From: an uncultured Bacteroidales bacterium
GTDB taxonomy: Bacteria > Bacteroidota > Bacteroidia > Bacteroidales > Bacteroidaceae
Assembly: GCA_902760345.1 (NCBI GenBank)
Contig: CACWFY010000006.1
Coordinates: 14,338-78,337, forward strand
DNA length: 64,000 nucleotides
Direction of reading: 5' to 3'
Shown here: piece after piece, positions 49,903 through 58,501 of the stretch
Layout: every line of letters begins with the position of its first letter
How positions within the stretch are numbered: the first letter of the stretch is position 1
Made by a program: the position numbers and the translations under genes
The notes under the pieces: generated by a model
What the model saw: only the letters and a program-made list of their open reading frames with translations
Database searches by the model: none
Told to the model about the DNA's origin: nothing

Positions 49903-52857
49903 TTACATTCTGCCTGGGCCTCCGAAGCCGCCACCAGGACGACCACCTCCGAAGCCACCTCCACCGAAGCCGCCACGACCGCCGCCAGGGCCACCAGGAC
50001 CACCGCCACGATTGCCTCGGCCACCACCGAAGCCAAAGCCACCACGATTGCCACGACCGCCGAAGATGTTCGTACGATAGATAACGTGCAGCATAGCGTA
50101 GTTAGTAATAGCATTGTATTCCGTATCGCTGCGCTCAGTGGCAGAGAGAATACTGCTAATAGTAGACTGCTTACGCAGAATATCATAGAACTGCAGAGAT
50201 ATTGTCAGCGCATTACCCTTGAGGAATGACTGCGACAACTGGGCATTCCAAATCAGCTCATTGGTATTCATTGACGCATCTTTATAACCACGACGGCTGT
50301 TCATATTCATGTTCGTCGACAATGCCGTACCCCAAGGAGCATTAATTCCGATCATACCACCATAGGAGAACTGCCAGGTATCGAGATTGTTAGTTTCCTG
50401 CAACTCACTACGTCTCTTCGTGAAGTTTAAAGAGCCGTTCAACTCCACCTCAAACCATGAGTTACGATAGCTGAGAGCCAGACGCTCACCAATACCCAGC
50501 GCCTTGGTTACACTCTCCTCGGAAAGACCCTTTTCACCAACGCTAACGAAACCTACATTATGGTTGTAGCTGAGGTTTGTTGATGTATTCAGATTGAAGT
50601 AAGCAGCAGAGTCAAGAGCAGTACTGAACATCAGGAAGAGGTTGCTGTTCCAGTTACCATTGACATTCTCAGGTCTTGTCATCGTCTTACCGGTGCTCTC
50701 ATCCAACAAGGTTGTCTTGCTGCTGACAGAGTTACTCGTCATCGAGAAGTTCAGGAAGGCACCGATTGACTGCTGATGCTTCTGGAAGTAGTCGTTATAA
50801 TTCAAACGGAAGTTATGAGTAAACGAAGGCTTCAATCCAGGATTACCACGACGGATTGCCAAGGGATTGCTATCGTCTATGATATCCAGCAGGTCGCTGA
50901 TAGACGGCTGACGAGTGTTAGCACGATAGTTGAATCTCAACTGGCTTACCTGTGATTTCTTCCAACGGAAGTCAAGTGTAGGAGCGAAGTTCGTCACTGT
51001 GCGAACAGTATCGGCATGAATGCCCTGATAGTCCTGAACGTAATGTGACTTCTGAGGAACGACTTGAACACCGACATTGAATGTGAAAGAATTACGGATG
51101 ATTCGCAACATCACTTCGGCCGTATGCGTATAGTTCTTATATTCTGAGAAACGGCTCTGATTAGGATCAAGATATTCATCCAGCGGATTAGTCAAACGTG
51201 CCAGATAGTTATCCCATCCACGATATGAAGTCTCCAAGCCGCTAAAATCTGTATTTCCCAAATCATAGGTCTGACGATCGCTCTTCTGGTAGTTATAGCC
51301 AAAAGTATAGCTGAACTGCAGATAAGTACGACGCATAATTGGTTCACTATAGCTGAAACGGGCACTATAACTATAGTTGTCTGTAGGTGTCAGGCTCCAA
51401 CGGTTCGTCTGAATCTCCTGCCCTGCAGACAGCATCTCTATGATGTTATTTGTGAGCGACTTGCTCATGCCCTTACTCCAGTTTCCATTCAACTGCACGG
51501 TAATGTTACGGCCATAGTCATTTAGTTTTCTGTTAAACTGCAACATACCGCCCACATTCTTTGTGTCGCTATAGCTGATACTGTTCTGATACTGATGGTT
51601 CTTGACAAGCAGAGGGTCAATCTTTGCAATATCTGCCAACGGATCTGTTACATACTTAAAAGGATCTTCAGAGAAGGTAGCACTCTCACCGGTCTGGTCG
51701 CCATCGTTGCTATTGTAACGGAAGTTCGGACGGAACATGATGTTTGTCATTGAGTCAGGAGTCCATTCCAGTCGCATACGAGCGTCCCATCCGTTTGAAC
51801 GGGTAAAGTTCTTATTCCAGCTATTTCCGAACTGTGACAGGCTAGAACTGAAGAAGTTCTCAGAGTTTGTCTTAGAGACAGCGTCACCATCGTTGTGGTT
51901 CCAACGTACACTACCATCGAGTACCAGCTTACCAGTATTCTCATAGTTAAAGTTCAGACCAAGCATCTTTGTAGCTGTCAGACCTTGACGGCCCATACCA
52001 AAACGGCCACCGCCACCGCCAAATCCCATATCATTCACGTTGTTGGCACTGGCCATCAACATCACGGTAGATTTATCCTTCATCCATCCGTTGAAAGTAC
52101 GGGCAGAATATCTGCTTTTAGTACCGATGCCTACGTCATTATTTGTCATGAAGCCCCTATTCATACCCGGCTTAATGCCGAAGTCGAGCACCGTCTGCTC
52201 TTCACCGTCTTCGATACCACTGATACGAGCAAGGTCACTCTGCTGATCGTATGCTTTGATGCGGTCGATGATGTTACTTGGCAGATTTTTCATGGCGGTC
52301 TTCGTGTCACCCGTCATAAACTCCTTACCGTCGACCATTATCTTCTTGACCTCCTTACCATTAATTTTAATGGTTCCGTCATCACTGACCTCAGCTCCCG
52401 GCAGGCGCTTCACCAGCTCTTCAACGACAGAGCCCTCTGGCGTACGGAATGCAGCGGCATTATATACAAAGGTGTCGGCCTTAAGCGTCACCTTGGCAGC
52501 CTGACCGGTCACCGTAGCACCCTTCAGCATGATGGCGTCGGGTTTCAGCGACACCGTACCCAGCGCGACATCCTTGTCACCCTCCATTTTCACACGCTTA
52601 GTGAAGGTCTTAAAGCCCACACACGTCACTTGCACAATGTAGTTACCTGCCTTGGGGGCTTTTACGCGGAAACGTCCGTCCAAGTCGGTTACGGCACCCG
52701 TGACAAGAGAACTGTCTGCACGCAGCAACCTGACAGTCGTCTGGGCTATCGGCTCCTGCGAGTCGCTTTCTATTACTTGTCCTGTCACGTGGCTTTGTGC
52801 CATGGCCACCAGAACGGTCATCAGTAGAACAGTTGACAATAAATAGCGTTTCATCAT
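49903..52857 (-). CDS. outer-membrane beta-barrel / TonB-dependent-receptor-like protein with an N-terminal carboxypeptidase-regulatory-like domain and Gly-rich tail
   Basis: Signal peptide; DTFVYNA, LVKRLPGAEV..VDGKEF plug-like region; GNPGLKPSF; C-terminal GGRG/GGFG low-complexity tail. Confidence 0.85.
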   Translation of the reverse strand: MMKRYLLSTVLLMTVLVAMAQSHVTGQVIESDSQEPIAQTTVRLLRADSSLVTGAVTDLDGRFRVKAPKAGNYIVQVTCVGFKTFTKRVKMEGDKDVALGTVSLKPDAIMLKGATVTGQAAKVTLKADTFVYNAAAFRTPEGSVVEELVKRLPGAEVSDDGTIKINGKEVKKIMVDGKEFMTGDTKTAMKNLPSNIIDRIKAYDQQSDLARISGIEDGEEQTVLDFGIKPGMNRGFMTNNDVGIGTKSRYSARTFNGWMKDKSTVMLMASANNVNDMGFGGGGGRFGMGRQGLTATKMLGLNFNYENTGKLVLDGSVRWNHNDGDAVSKTNSENFFSSSLSQFGNSWNKNFTRSNGWDARMRLEWTPDSMTNIMFRPNFRYNSNDGDQTGESATFSEDPFKYVTDPLADIAKIDPLLVKNHQYQNSISYSDTKNVGGMLQFNRKLNDYGRNITVQLNGNWSKGMSKSLTNNIIEMLSAGQEIQTNRWSLTPTDNYSYSARFSYSEPIMRRTYLQFSYTFGYNYQKSDRQTYDLGNTDFSGLETSYRGWDNYLARLTNPLDEYLDPNQSRFSEYKNYTHTAEVMLRIIRNSFTFNVGVQVVPQKSHYVQDYQGIHADTVRTVTNFAPTLDFRWKKSQVSQLRFNYRANTRQPSISDLLDIIDDSNPLAIRRGNPGLKPSFTHNFRLNYNDYFQKHQQSIGAFLNFSMTSNSVSSKTTLLDESTGKTMTRPENVNGNWNSNLFLMFSTALDSAAYFNLNTSTNLSYNHNVGFVSVGEKGLSEESVTKALGIGERLALSYRNSWFEVELNGSLNFTKRRSELQETNNLDTWQFSYGGMIGINAPWGTALSTNMNMNSRRGYKDASMNTNELIWNAQLSQSFLKGNALTISLQFYDILRKQSTISSILSATERSDTEYNAITNYAMLHVIYRTNIFGGRGNRGGFGFGGGRGNRGGGPGGPGGGRGGFGGGGFGGGRPGGGFGGPGRM

Positions 52858-53050
52858 CTTTTTTTTTGAAATATATCTTTATGTTTCTTGTTGGTTACCC
52901 GTTTATGTAGGGAGTCTACGCTCTTAATAATGTGCAAAAGTACGAAAAGTTTAAAGAAAAAAAATATTTTTTTATGATTAAATCCACTTTTCTTCGCATT
53001 TTTTGTCCTGATTCCGTTTATTTTGTTTAAATTTGCACCCCGAAATCAGC

Positions 53051-54109
53051 ATGGAACAACAGAAAGTCATATTCTCCGACCAGCTGCAGTCGACCATCAA
53101 CCAGGCCATTGCCGACTGTCCGCACGACCGGCTCTTCGTACTCACCGACGAGACGACCAGCCGACTCTGCCTGCCCGTCATAGCCGGCTACGAGTCGATG
53201 GCTGGTGTATATCCCATCGTTATTTCTGCTACCGACCAGCATAAAAATCTGGAGTCGCTCTCACATGTGTGGAGCGAACTGCAGCAGCACGGTGCCACGC
53301 GCCATTCGCTCCTGGTCAATCTGGGTGGCGGCATGGTGACAGACCTCGGCGGCTTTGCTGCCAGCACGTTTAAGCGCGGACTGCACTTTATCAACATCCC
53401 CACTACCCTGCTGGCCATGGTCGATGCCAGCGTAGGTGGCAAGACGGGCATCAACTTTGGCGGTCTGAAAAACGAGATCGGTGTCTTCCGCAATGCCGAC
53501 AGCGTCATTCTCGACACCACATTCCTCAAGACCCTTGACCGCGAGAACCTACTCTCAGGCTATGCCGAGATGCTGAAGCACGCCCTCATCGACTGTGAAG
53601 ACCATTGGGCAGAAATCCTAGGAAACCTAGAGCATCTGGAATGTATAGATTATCTAGAGAAGCTAACCGTTTTAGTTGCACGAAGCGTCGCCGTCAAGCA
53701 GCGCATCGTCACGGAAGATCCTACAGAGCGTGGACTGCGCAAGGCGCTGAACCTCGGTCATACCGCCGGCCACGCCTTCGAGTCGCTGGCGCTGGAGCGC
53801 ACTCCCATCCTTCACGGCTATGCCGTAGCCTACGGACTGGTCGTCGAACTCTACCTGTCGCACATGAAGACCGGCTTCCCTGCCGACCGTCTGCGCCAGA
53901 CCGTACAATTTATTAAGCAACACTACGGACGCATGACCATCACCTGCGACGACTATCCGCAGCTCCTGCAGCTCATGCGCCACGACAAGAAAAACGTCGG
54001 TGCCGACATCAACTTCACCCTACTCGGTGGCATTGGTGACATACGCATCAACCAGACGGCTACCGACGACGAGATACAAGAGGCGCTCGACTTCTACCGC
54101 GAGTACTGA
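53051..54109 (+). CDS. aroB: 3-dehydroquinate synthase
   Basis: LGGGMVTDLGGFAASTFKRG, PTTLLAMVDASVGGKTG, LNLGHTAGHAFE, HGYAVA; the TTG at 53033 is part of the TAAATTTG -7 box, so ATG 53051 is used. Confidence 0.96.
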   Translation: MEQQKVIFSDQLQSTINQAIADCPHDRLFVLTDETTSRLCLPVIAGYESMAGVYPIVISATDQHKNLESLSHVWSELQQHGATRHSLLVNLGGGMVTDLGGFAASTFKRGLHFINIPTTLLAMVDASVGGKTGINFGGLKNEIGVFRNADSVILDTTFLKTLDRENLLSGYAEMLKHALIDCEDHWAEILGNLEHLECIDYLEKLTVLVARSVAVKQRIVTEDPTERGLRKALNLGHTAGHAFESLALERTPILHGYAVAYGLVVELYLSHMKTGFPADRLRQTVQFIKQHYGRMTITCDDYPQLLQLMRHDKKNVGADINFTLLGGIGDIRINQTATDDEIQEALDFYREY

Positions 54110-54229
54110 TGCGAGCGTCACACCAGAGAACAACTACTACCTATTAATTTTACTAATAACCAACAGATGGGCCTATCCGTGAGGACTGGCCCATCAACTC
54201 TTTTTATACTATAATCCTTGTGCTGGTTG

Positions 54230-54724
54230 TTATTCTGGACGCTGGCCACCAGGACGATGACCCATGCCATGACCACCGTGACCGAAGCCACCAGGACGCG
54301 GACCGTGACGGAATTGCTTCTGATATTTCTCAAACTGCTCAGCGGTGAGTATCCCCTTCAGCTTCTCGTTATACTCGCGGCGACGCTCCATCTGCTTCTG
54401 CATCTCGGCACGCTGCTCCTCGGTCAGCTGCGGACGCTCGGGGCGCTGCTGTGTGGCACCCGTCTGGCCGTCAGCCTGTGGACGCGGAGGACGCTGGCCA
54501 CCCATGCGTGGACCACGGTTCACGTCCTGATACTCTTTCTGCAGGGCGAGCACCTTCGTCTTCTGCTCAGCCGTCAGCGAGAGGTCTGTTGCCATCTTCT
54601 CCGTCATCTCCTCTGGCGTCAACTGTTTCGGAGCCTTGCGCTCACCATTGTTACCGTTCTCGTTCTGTGCCATCATGGCTGTCATCGACAGCAGGGCCAC
54701 CATTGTTAGAAAAATCTTTTTCAT
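54230..54724 (-). CDS. periplasmic helical protein (DUF4890 / Spy-like LTxEQ repeats)
   Basis: Signal peptide; LTAEQK, LTEEQR, ILTAEQFEKY motifs; Gly/Pro/Arg-rich linkers. Confidence 0.75.
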   Translation of the reverse strand: MKKIFLTMVALLSMTAMMAQNENGNNGERKAPKQLTPEEMTEKMATDLSLTAEQKTKVLALQKEYQDVNRGPRMGGQRPPRPQADGQTGATQQRPERPQLTEEQRAEMQKQMERRREYNEKLKGILTAEQFEKYQKQFRHGPRPGGFGHGGHGMGHRPGGQRPE

Positions 54725-54821
54725 TTTTGTGTCTGTTTATGTTAGTGAATAATTGTTGTTTGTCTGACCGACATCTATAAGACGACACAAACCACAGAAA
54801 GTTTAAACGTCCCCCTCATCT

Positions 54822-54852
54822 TTCAGCGAACTCCCATTTTTCTTCAGCGAAC
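54822..54852 (-). promoter_or_regulatory. 10-bp direct repeat with 21-bp period upstream of the DUF4890-like gene
   Basis: ttcagcgaac at 54822-54831 and 54843-54852. Confidence 0.55.
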
Positions 54853-54908
54853 GGACATGTTCCTCCCACTCATACAAATTCCCGCCCTCGGCATAGTTTT
54901 CTTTTAAT

Positions 54909-55229
54909 TATTCAAATATTCAAATATTCATTTATGACAGGAAGGTTTTCGCAAGTTTATGTATCAGGGCTTGATGAAGTAGTTAGGGTAATGATTTTGA
55001 ATGGAATGAATATGTACATAGTATATGTATTAAATTATTATATATTATTATATATTATAATATATAATAATATATAATAATTCTATAATACAGGTTTTGA
55101 ACAATCCTAAAACCTTGAACTGCGTTCGAGCTTTTCCTCGCCATGGCATAGCTCAAGTAGTACACTTGGCTCTGCTCATGGCTTACGGAAAACCTTCCTG
55201 TCGTATTTGAATAAATGAATAAATGAATA
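54909..55229. repeat. 321-bp inverted-repeat-bounded element with a central 50-bp pure-AT perfect palindrome
   Basis: Arms of 3x TATTCAWW octamer plus perfect 15-bp gacaggaaggttttc (54936-54950 / 55188-55202); palindrome at 55033-55082. Confidence 0.9.
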
Positions 55230-55312
55230 TTTGGATACCAAAAATAGGGTGGGCTGCAGCTTTGTTTATTTTATTAAAGAAAAAATGGTGGTGCAGGTTT
55301 GCAATCGAGGAT

Positions 55313-55369
55313 GTGGCACTTTGTGACCTCCGATGTGGCACTCTGTGGGCCCGTAGGTGGCACTTTGTG
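55313..55369. repeat. three 13-bp direct repeats with 22-bp period (iteron-like)
   Basis: GTGGCACT(T/C)TGTG at 55313, 55335 and 55357 with unrelated 9-bp spacers. Confidence 0.9.
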
Positions 55370-55551
55370 AACAACAAACTTGGAGGCGGCGAAGCACAAA
55401 ACGGCAGGAAGACAATCAAAACCCTATGTTTAACTATTATTACGATTATGGCAGAAAATGTAAACCTGAAGCTCCCGTATGTGCTCCTTGCTGATAAGTG
55501 CTCTGGGCAAACGGCAAGAGCGTACTGGATACAAAACAAATTCCTTTGTTT

Positions 55552-56529
55552 TTATTTCCGAGATAACATCTGGGCCATTCGTGCGGCCTCAGCACGGGCA
55601 GGTTTGCCTGTAGCGGTGAAGGGCAACTGGTCGACGGAGAGCACATAGCGAGGCACCCAATAAGGTGGCAACACACGGCGACACGTGGCCTGCACATCGG
55701 CCAGCACGGCGGGATCGGTAGCGGTAGTCAGCAGCACGACGGCTTCGCCCAAACAACTGTCGGACACCTTGGTAATTAAATAAGGTACATGTGCGTGTCC
55801 GCGCAAAAGTCGCTCGACCTCCTCGATGTGTATCTTGACGCCTCCTGAACAGATAACGTTGTCCTTGCGACCAAGGATGCGGAAGCGCCCGTCTTCAATA
55901 ACGGCGATATCGTTGGTCACCAACGGGCCCTCGTGAACAGCGGGAGCATCAATGACCAGACAGCCCTCGGCAGTCAGGCTAATGGTGACACCCTCGAAGG
56001 GCGTATACCAGTCAGAGCAATCAGGACCGTTCAGCCGGCGCAGGGCGATGTGCGACAGCGTCTCGGTCATGCCGTAGGTGCTGTATATCTGATTGGGTAA
56101 ACCAACCAGAGCGTCGGCCAGCGCATCGTCGATGGCACCGCCGCCAATGATGAGATGGCGAATCTGCATCAGCCGCTCGCGTCCCTCGTTAGTCTGCAAG
56201 AGATGATACACCTGCATGGGAACCATCGCAGCGAAATCCACATTACCTTCCCACGACGGACATCCGCAGGGCTCCACCGTTATAAGCCTCAGCCCACACG
56301 TCAACGCACGTACCACCATCATCTTGCCAGCAATATAGTCGAGGGGCAGACAGAGCAGGGCGCTATCGCCAGGCTTCAGACCCAGAAAACGGCAAGTGAT
56401 ACGAGCAGAAGCCTCCATGCGCTGCTTCTCGACGAGCATGGGTTTGGGAGCACCTGTCGACCCACTGGTATGTACCTTGACAAAAGGGCTGTCGCTATGC
56501 CACTCGGCTAAGAATTGCTGGAGATCCAT
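55552..56529 (-). CDS. menE: O-succinylbenzoate-CoA ligase
   Basis: HTSGSTGAPK, LPLDYIAGKMMVVRA, YGMTET, GRKDNVICSGG; after menB and menC. Confidence 0.9.
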   Translation of the reverse strand: MDLQQFLAEWHSDSPFVKVHTSGSTGAPKPMLVEKQRMEASARITCRFLGLKPGDSALLCLPLDYIAGKMMVVRALTCGLRLITVEPCGCPSWEGNVDFAAMVPMQVYHLLQTNEGRERLMQIRHLIIGGGAIDDALADALVGLPNQIYSTYGMTETLSHIALRRLNGPDCSDWYTPFEGVTISLTAEGCLVIDAPAVHEGPLVTNDIAVIEDGRFRILGRKDNVICSGGVKIHIEEVERLLRGHAHVPYLITKVSDSCLGEAVVLLTTATDPAVLADVQATCRRVLPPYWVPRYVLSVDQLPFTATGKPARAEAARMAQMLSRK

Positions 56530-57548
56530 AGGCGGTCGCCGCGTATTTCCAGCGGCATGGGAATATTGTCGGTAAATAGCTGGCCGGTACCCAGCCCCTG
56601 CGGCATAGAGATGTGGTCGCCATAGACATCGCTACAGAACTGGGCAATGGCGTTCAGGCCGATGTTGCTCTCGAGGGCAGAGGTAATCCACGAGCCGATA
56701 CCCATCTCACGCGCTGTGGCTATCCACTCGCGACAACCCATCATACCACCATGCAGCGAGGGCTTGAGAATGATATAGCGCGGCTTGATAATATTCAGCA
56801 TGTGGTGCTTCATCTCTGGGTCGTTGACGCCAATGAGCTCTTCGTCGAGGGCGATGGGGAGGGGTGACTCACGACAGAGCTCGGCCATATAGGCCCACTG
56901 GCCCTGACGGATGGGTTGCTCGATGGAGTGAATCTGGTATTGTGACAGCAGCTCGAGCTTGTACAGGGCCTCCTCGTAAGGGAACGCACCATTGGCATCC
57001 AGCCTCAACTCCACTTCGTGGAACGAGAAACGCTCTCTGATGCGTTTGACAAGGTCTAACTCCTGGTCGAAGTCAATGGCTCCTATCTTCAGCTTCACGC
57101 AATGGAAACCTTTCTCAAGCTTCTCTTCTAAACGTCCAAGCATCTCGTCGTAACGCCCCATCCACACCAGTCCATTGATAGGGATGCCTACTTCGCCACG
57201 ACTGAACGGTGTGTTGAATAAGAGGTGAGAGGATAGTGAAGAGCCATGAGAGGCTTTTAGTGACAATAAAGCAGTCTCGAGTCCGAAGAGCATGGAGGGA
57301 TAGTCGCGCAAGTCTTCGTAGGGTATCTCGTCCGTACGTTCCACCTCGTCGCAGAAGCCACGCAACACTTGCTCATAATTCGGTATGTCGTCGCAAGACA
57401 GTTGGGGCAATGGGGCACATTCGCCCACACCTTCATACTGGCCATCAGACAGATGAACCAGCCATATCTTACGCGTGGTATACACCCCGCGGCTCGTTCC
57501 TGCCGGCTGCTTGAAATGGAGCATGCGCTCCTCAATTGCTGTCTTCAT
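56508..57548 (-). CDS. menC: O-succinylbenzoate synthase
   Basis: [36 protein letters not shown] enolase-superfamily motifs. Confidence 0.93.
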   Translation of the reverse strand: MKTAIEERMLHFKQPAGTSRGVYTTRKIWLVHLSDGQYEGVGECAPLPQLSCDDIPNYEQVLRGFCDEVERTDEIPYEDLRDYPSMLFGLETALLSLKASHGSSLSSHLLFNTPFSRGEVGIPINGLVWMGRYDEMLGRLEEKLEKGFHCVKLKIGAIDFDQELDLVKRIRERFSFHEVELRLDANGAFPYEEALYKLELLSQYQIHSIEQPIRQGQWAYMAELCRESPLPIALDEELIGVNDPEMKHHMLNIIKPRYIILKPSLHGGMMGCREWIATAREMGIGSWITSALESNIGLNAIAQFCSDVYGDHISMPQGLGTGQLFTDNIPMPLEIRGDRLWISSNS

Positions 57549-58402
57549 GGAATCTGCGGATATTTATCGAAATCGGGCTTACGCTTCTCGAGGAACGCCT
57601 TGCCACCCTCCTGGGCCTCGTCGAGGAAGTAGTAGAGCATGGTGGCGTCGCCAGCCAACTGCTGGATGCCTGCCTGTCCGTCGAGTTCGGCATTCAGGCC
57701 GGCCTTGATCATGCGCAAGGCGATAGGCGAGCGTAGCATCATCTCCTCGGCCCAACGGACGCACTCGTCCTCGAGTTCTGCGAGGGGTACGACCTTGTTG
57801 ACCATTCCCATGTCAAGTGCCTCCTGGGCGGAATACTGGCGACAGAGGAACCATATCTCGCGGGCTTTCTTCTGTCCCACGATACGGGCCAGATAACTGG
57901 AGCCGAAGCCGGCGTCGAACGAGCCCACCTTCGGACCGGTCTGTCCGAAGATGGCATTCTCGCTGGCTATCGTCAGGTCGCACACCAAGTGGAGCACGTG
58001 GCCTCCACCAATGGCATAGCCGTTGACCATTGCAATGACGGGCTTGGGCAGACGACGAATCTGCATCTGCACGTCGAGCACCGACAGACGGGGCACGCCC
58101 TCGTCGTCGATATAGCCGCCTCGACCCTTCACATGCATGTCGCCACCCGAACAGAAGGCATGCTTCACATCCTCCAGCCGCTGACCTTCAGGCACGTCAC
58201 TCATGGCTCCCGTCAGCAGCACCACACGGATGCGCTGCAGTTCACGGCAGAGCGCAAAGGCCTGACTCAGCTCCAACGTCGTCTTCGGTGTAAAGGCGTT
58301 GCGGTAGCGTGGGCGGTTAATGGTAATCTTGGCAATACCGTTATACTCTTCGAAGAGAATTTCTTCGAACTTCCTAATCTCTTTCCATTGTCTTTGTTCC
58401 AT
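57545..58402 (-). CDS. menB: 1,4-dihydroxy-2-naphthoyl-CoA synthase
   Basis: [47 protein letters not shown]. Confidence 0.97.
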   Translation of the reverse strand: MEQRQWKEIRKFEEILFEEYNGIAKITINRPRYRNAFTPKTTLELSQAFALCRELQRIRVVLLTGAMSDVPEGQRLEDVKHAFCSGGDMHVKGRGGYIDDEGVPRLSVLDVQMQIRRLPKPVIAMVNGYAIGGGHVLHLVCDLTIASENAIFGQTGPKVGSFDAGFGSSYLARIVGQKKAREIWFLCRQYSAQEALDMGMVNKVVPLAELEDECVRWAEEMMLRSPIALRMIKAGLNAELDGQAGIQQLAGDATMLYYFLDEAQEGGKAFLEKRKPDFDKYPQIP

Positions 58403-58421
58403 ACGTTTTCACATTTTGGTG

Positions 58422-58481
58422 CAAAATTACAAATAATTTCTTAATTCTTAATTCTTAATTCTTAATTTATTCGTATCTTTG
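58422..58481. promoter_or_regulatory. back-to-back promoters (menB / nucleoside kinase) separated by a 4x TTCTTAA repeat
   Basis: Minus-strand TAATTTTG at 58422-58429, plus-strand TATCTTTG at 58474-58481, heptamer array at 58438-58465. Confidence 0.7.
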
Positions 58482-58501
58482 CAGTCGAAACACCTACGAC
58501 T

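Noticed and set aside
49697-50229. Pro-rich and Ala/Thr-rich ORFs
   Set aside because: Alternative readings of the Gly-rich tail of the barrel gene and the terminator region.
51895-52827. 310-aa plus-strand ORF (likewise 7842-8627, 6796-7467 and other short overlapping ORFs)
   Set aside because: Antisense or alternative-frame shadows of well-supported genes.
55313-55369. Possible mini-CRISPR (repeat-spacer pattern)
   Set aside because: 13-bp repeats and 9-bp spacers are far below CRISPR dimensions and no cas genes are present; the same applies to 19118-19227.
54909-55369. Possible chromosomal oriC
   Set aside because: No cluster of TTATCCACA-type DnaA boxes was seen and no origin-associated genes are nearby; kept only as an origin-like architecture hypothesis.
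55183-55648. ORFs 55223-55648 (+) and 55183-55539 (-) as full genes
   Set aside because: They run through repeat and IR DNA and overlap menE; only the ATG at 55448 has a credible start context.
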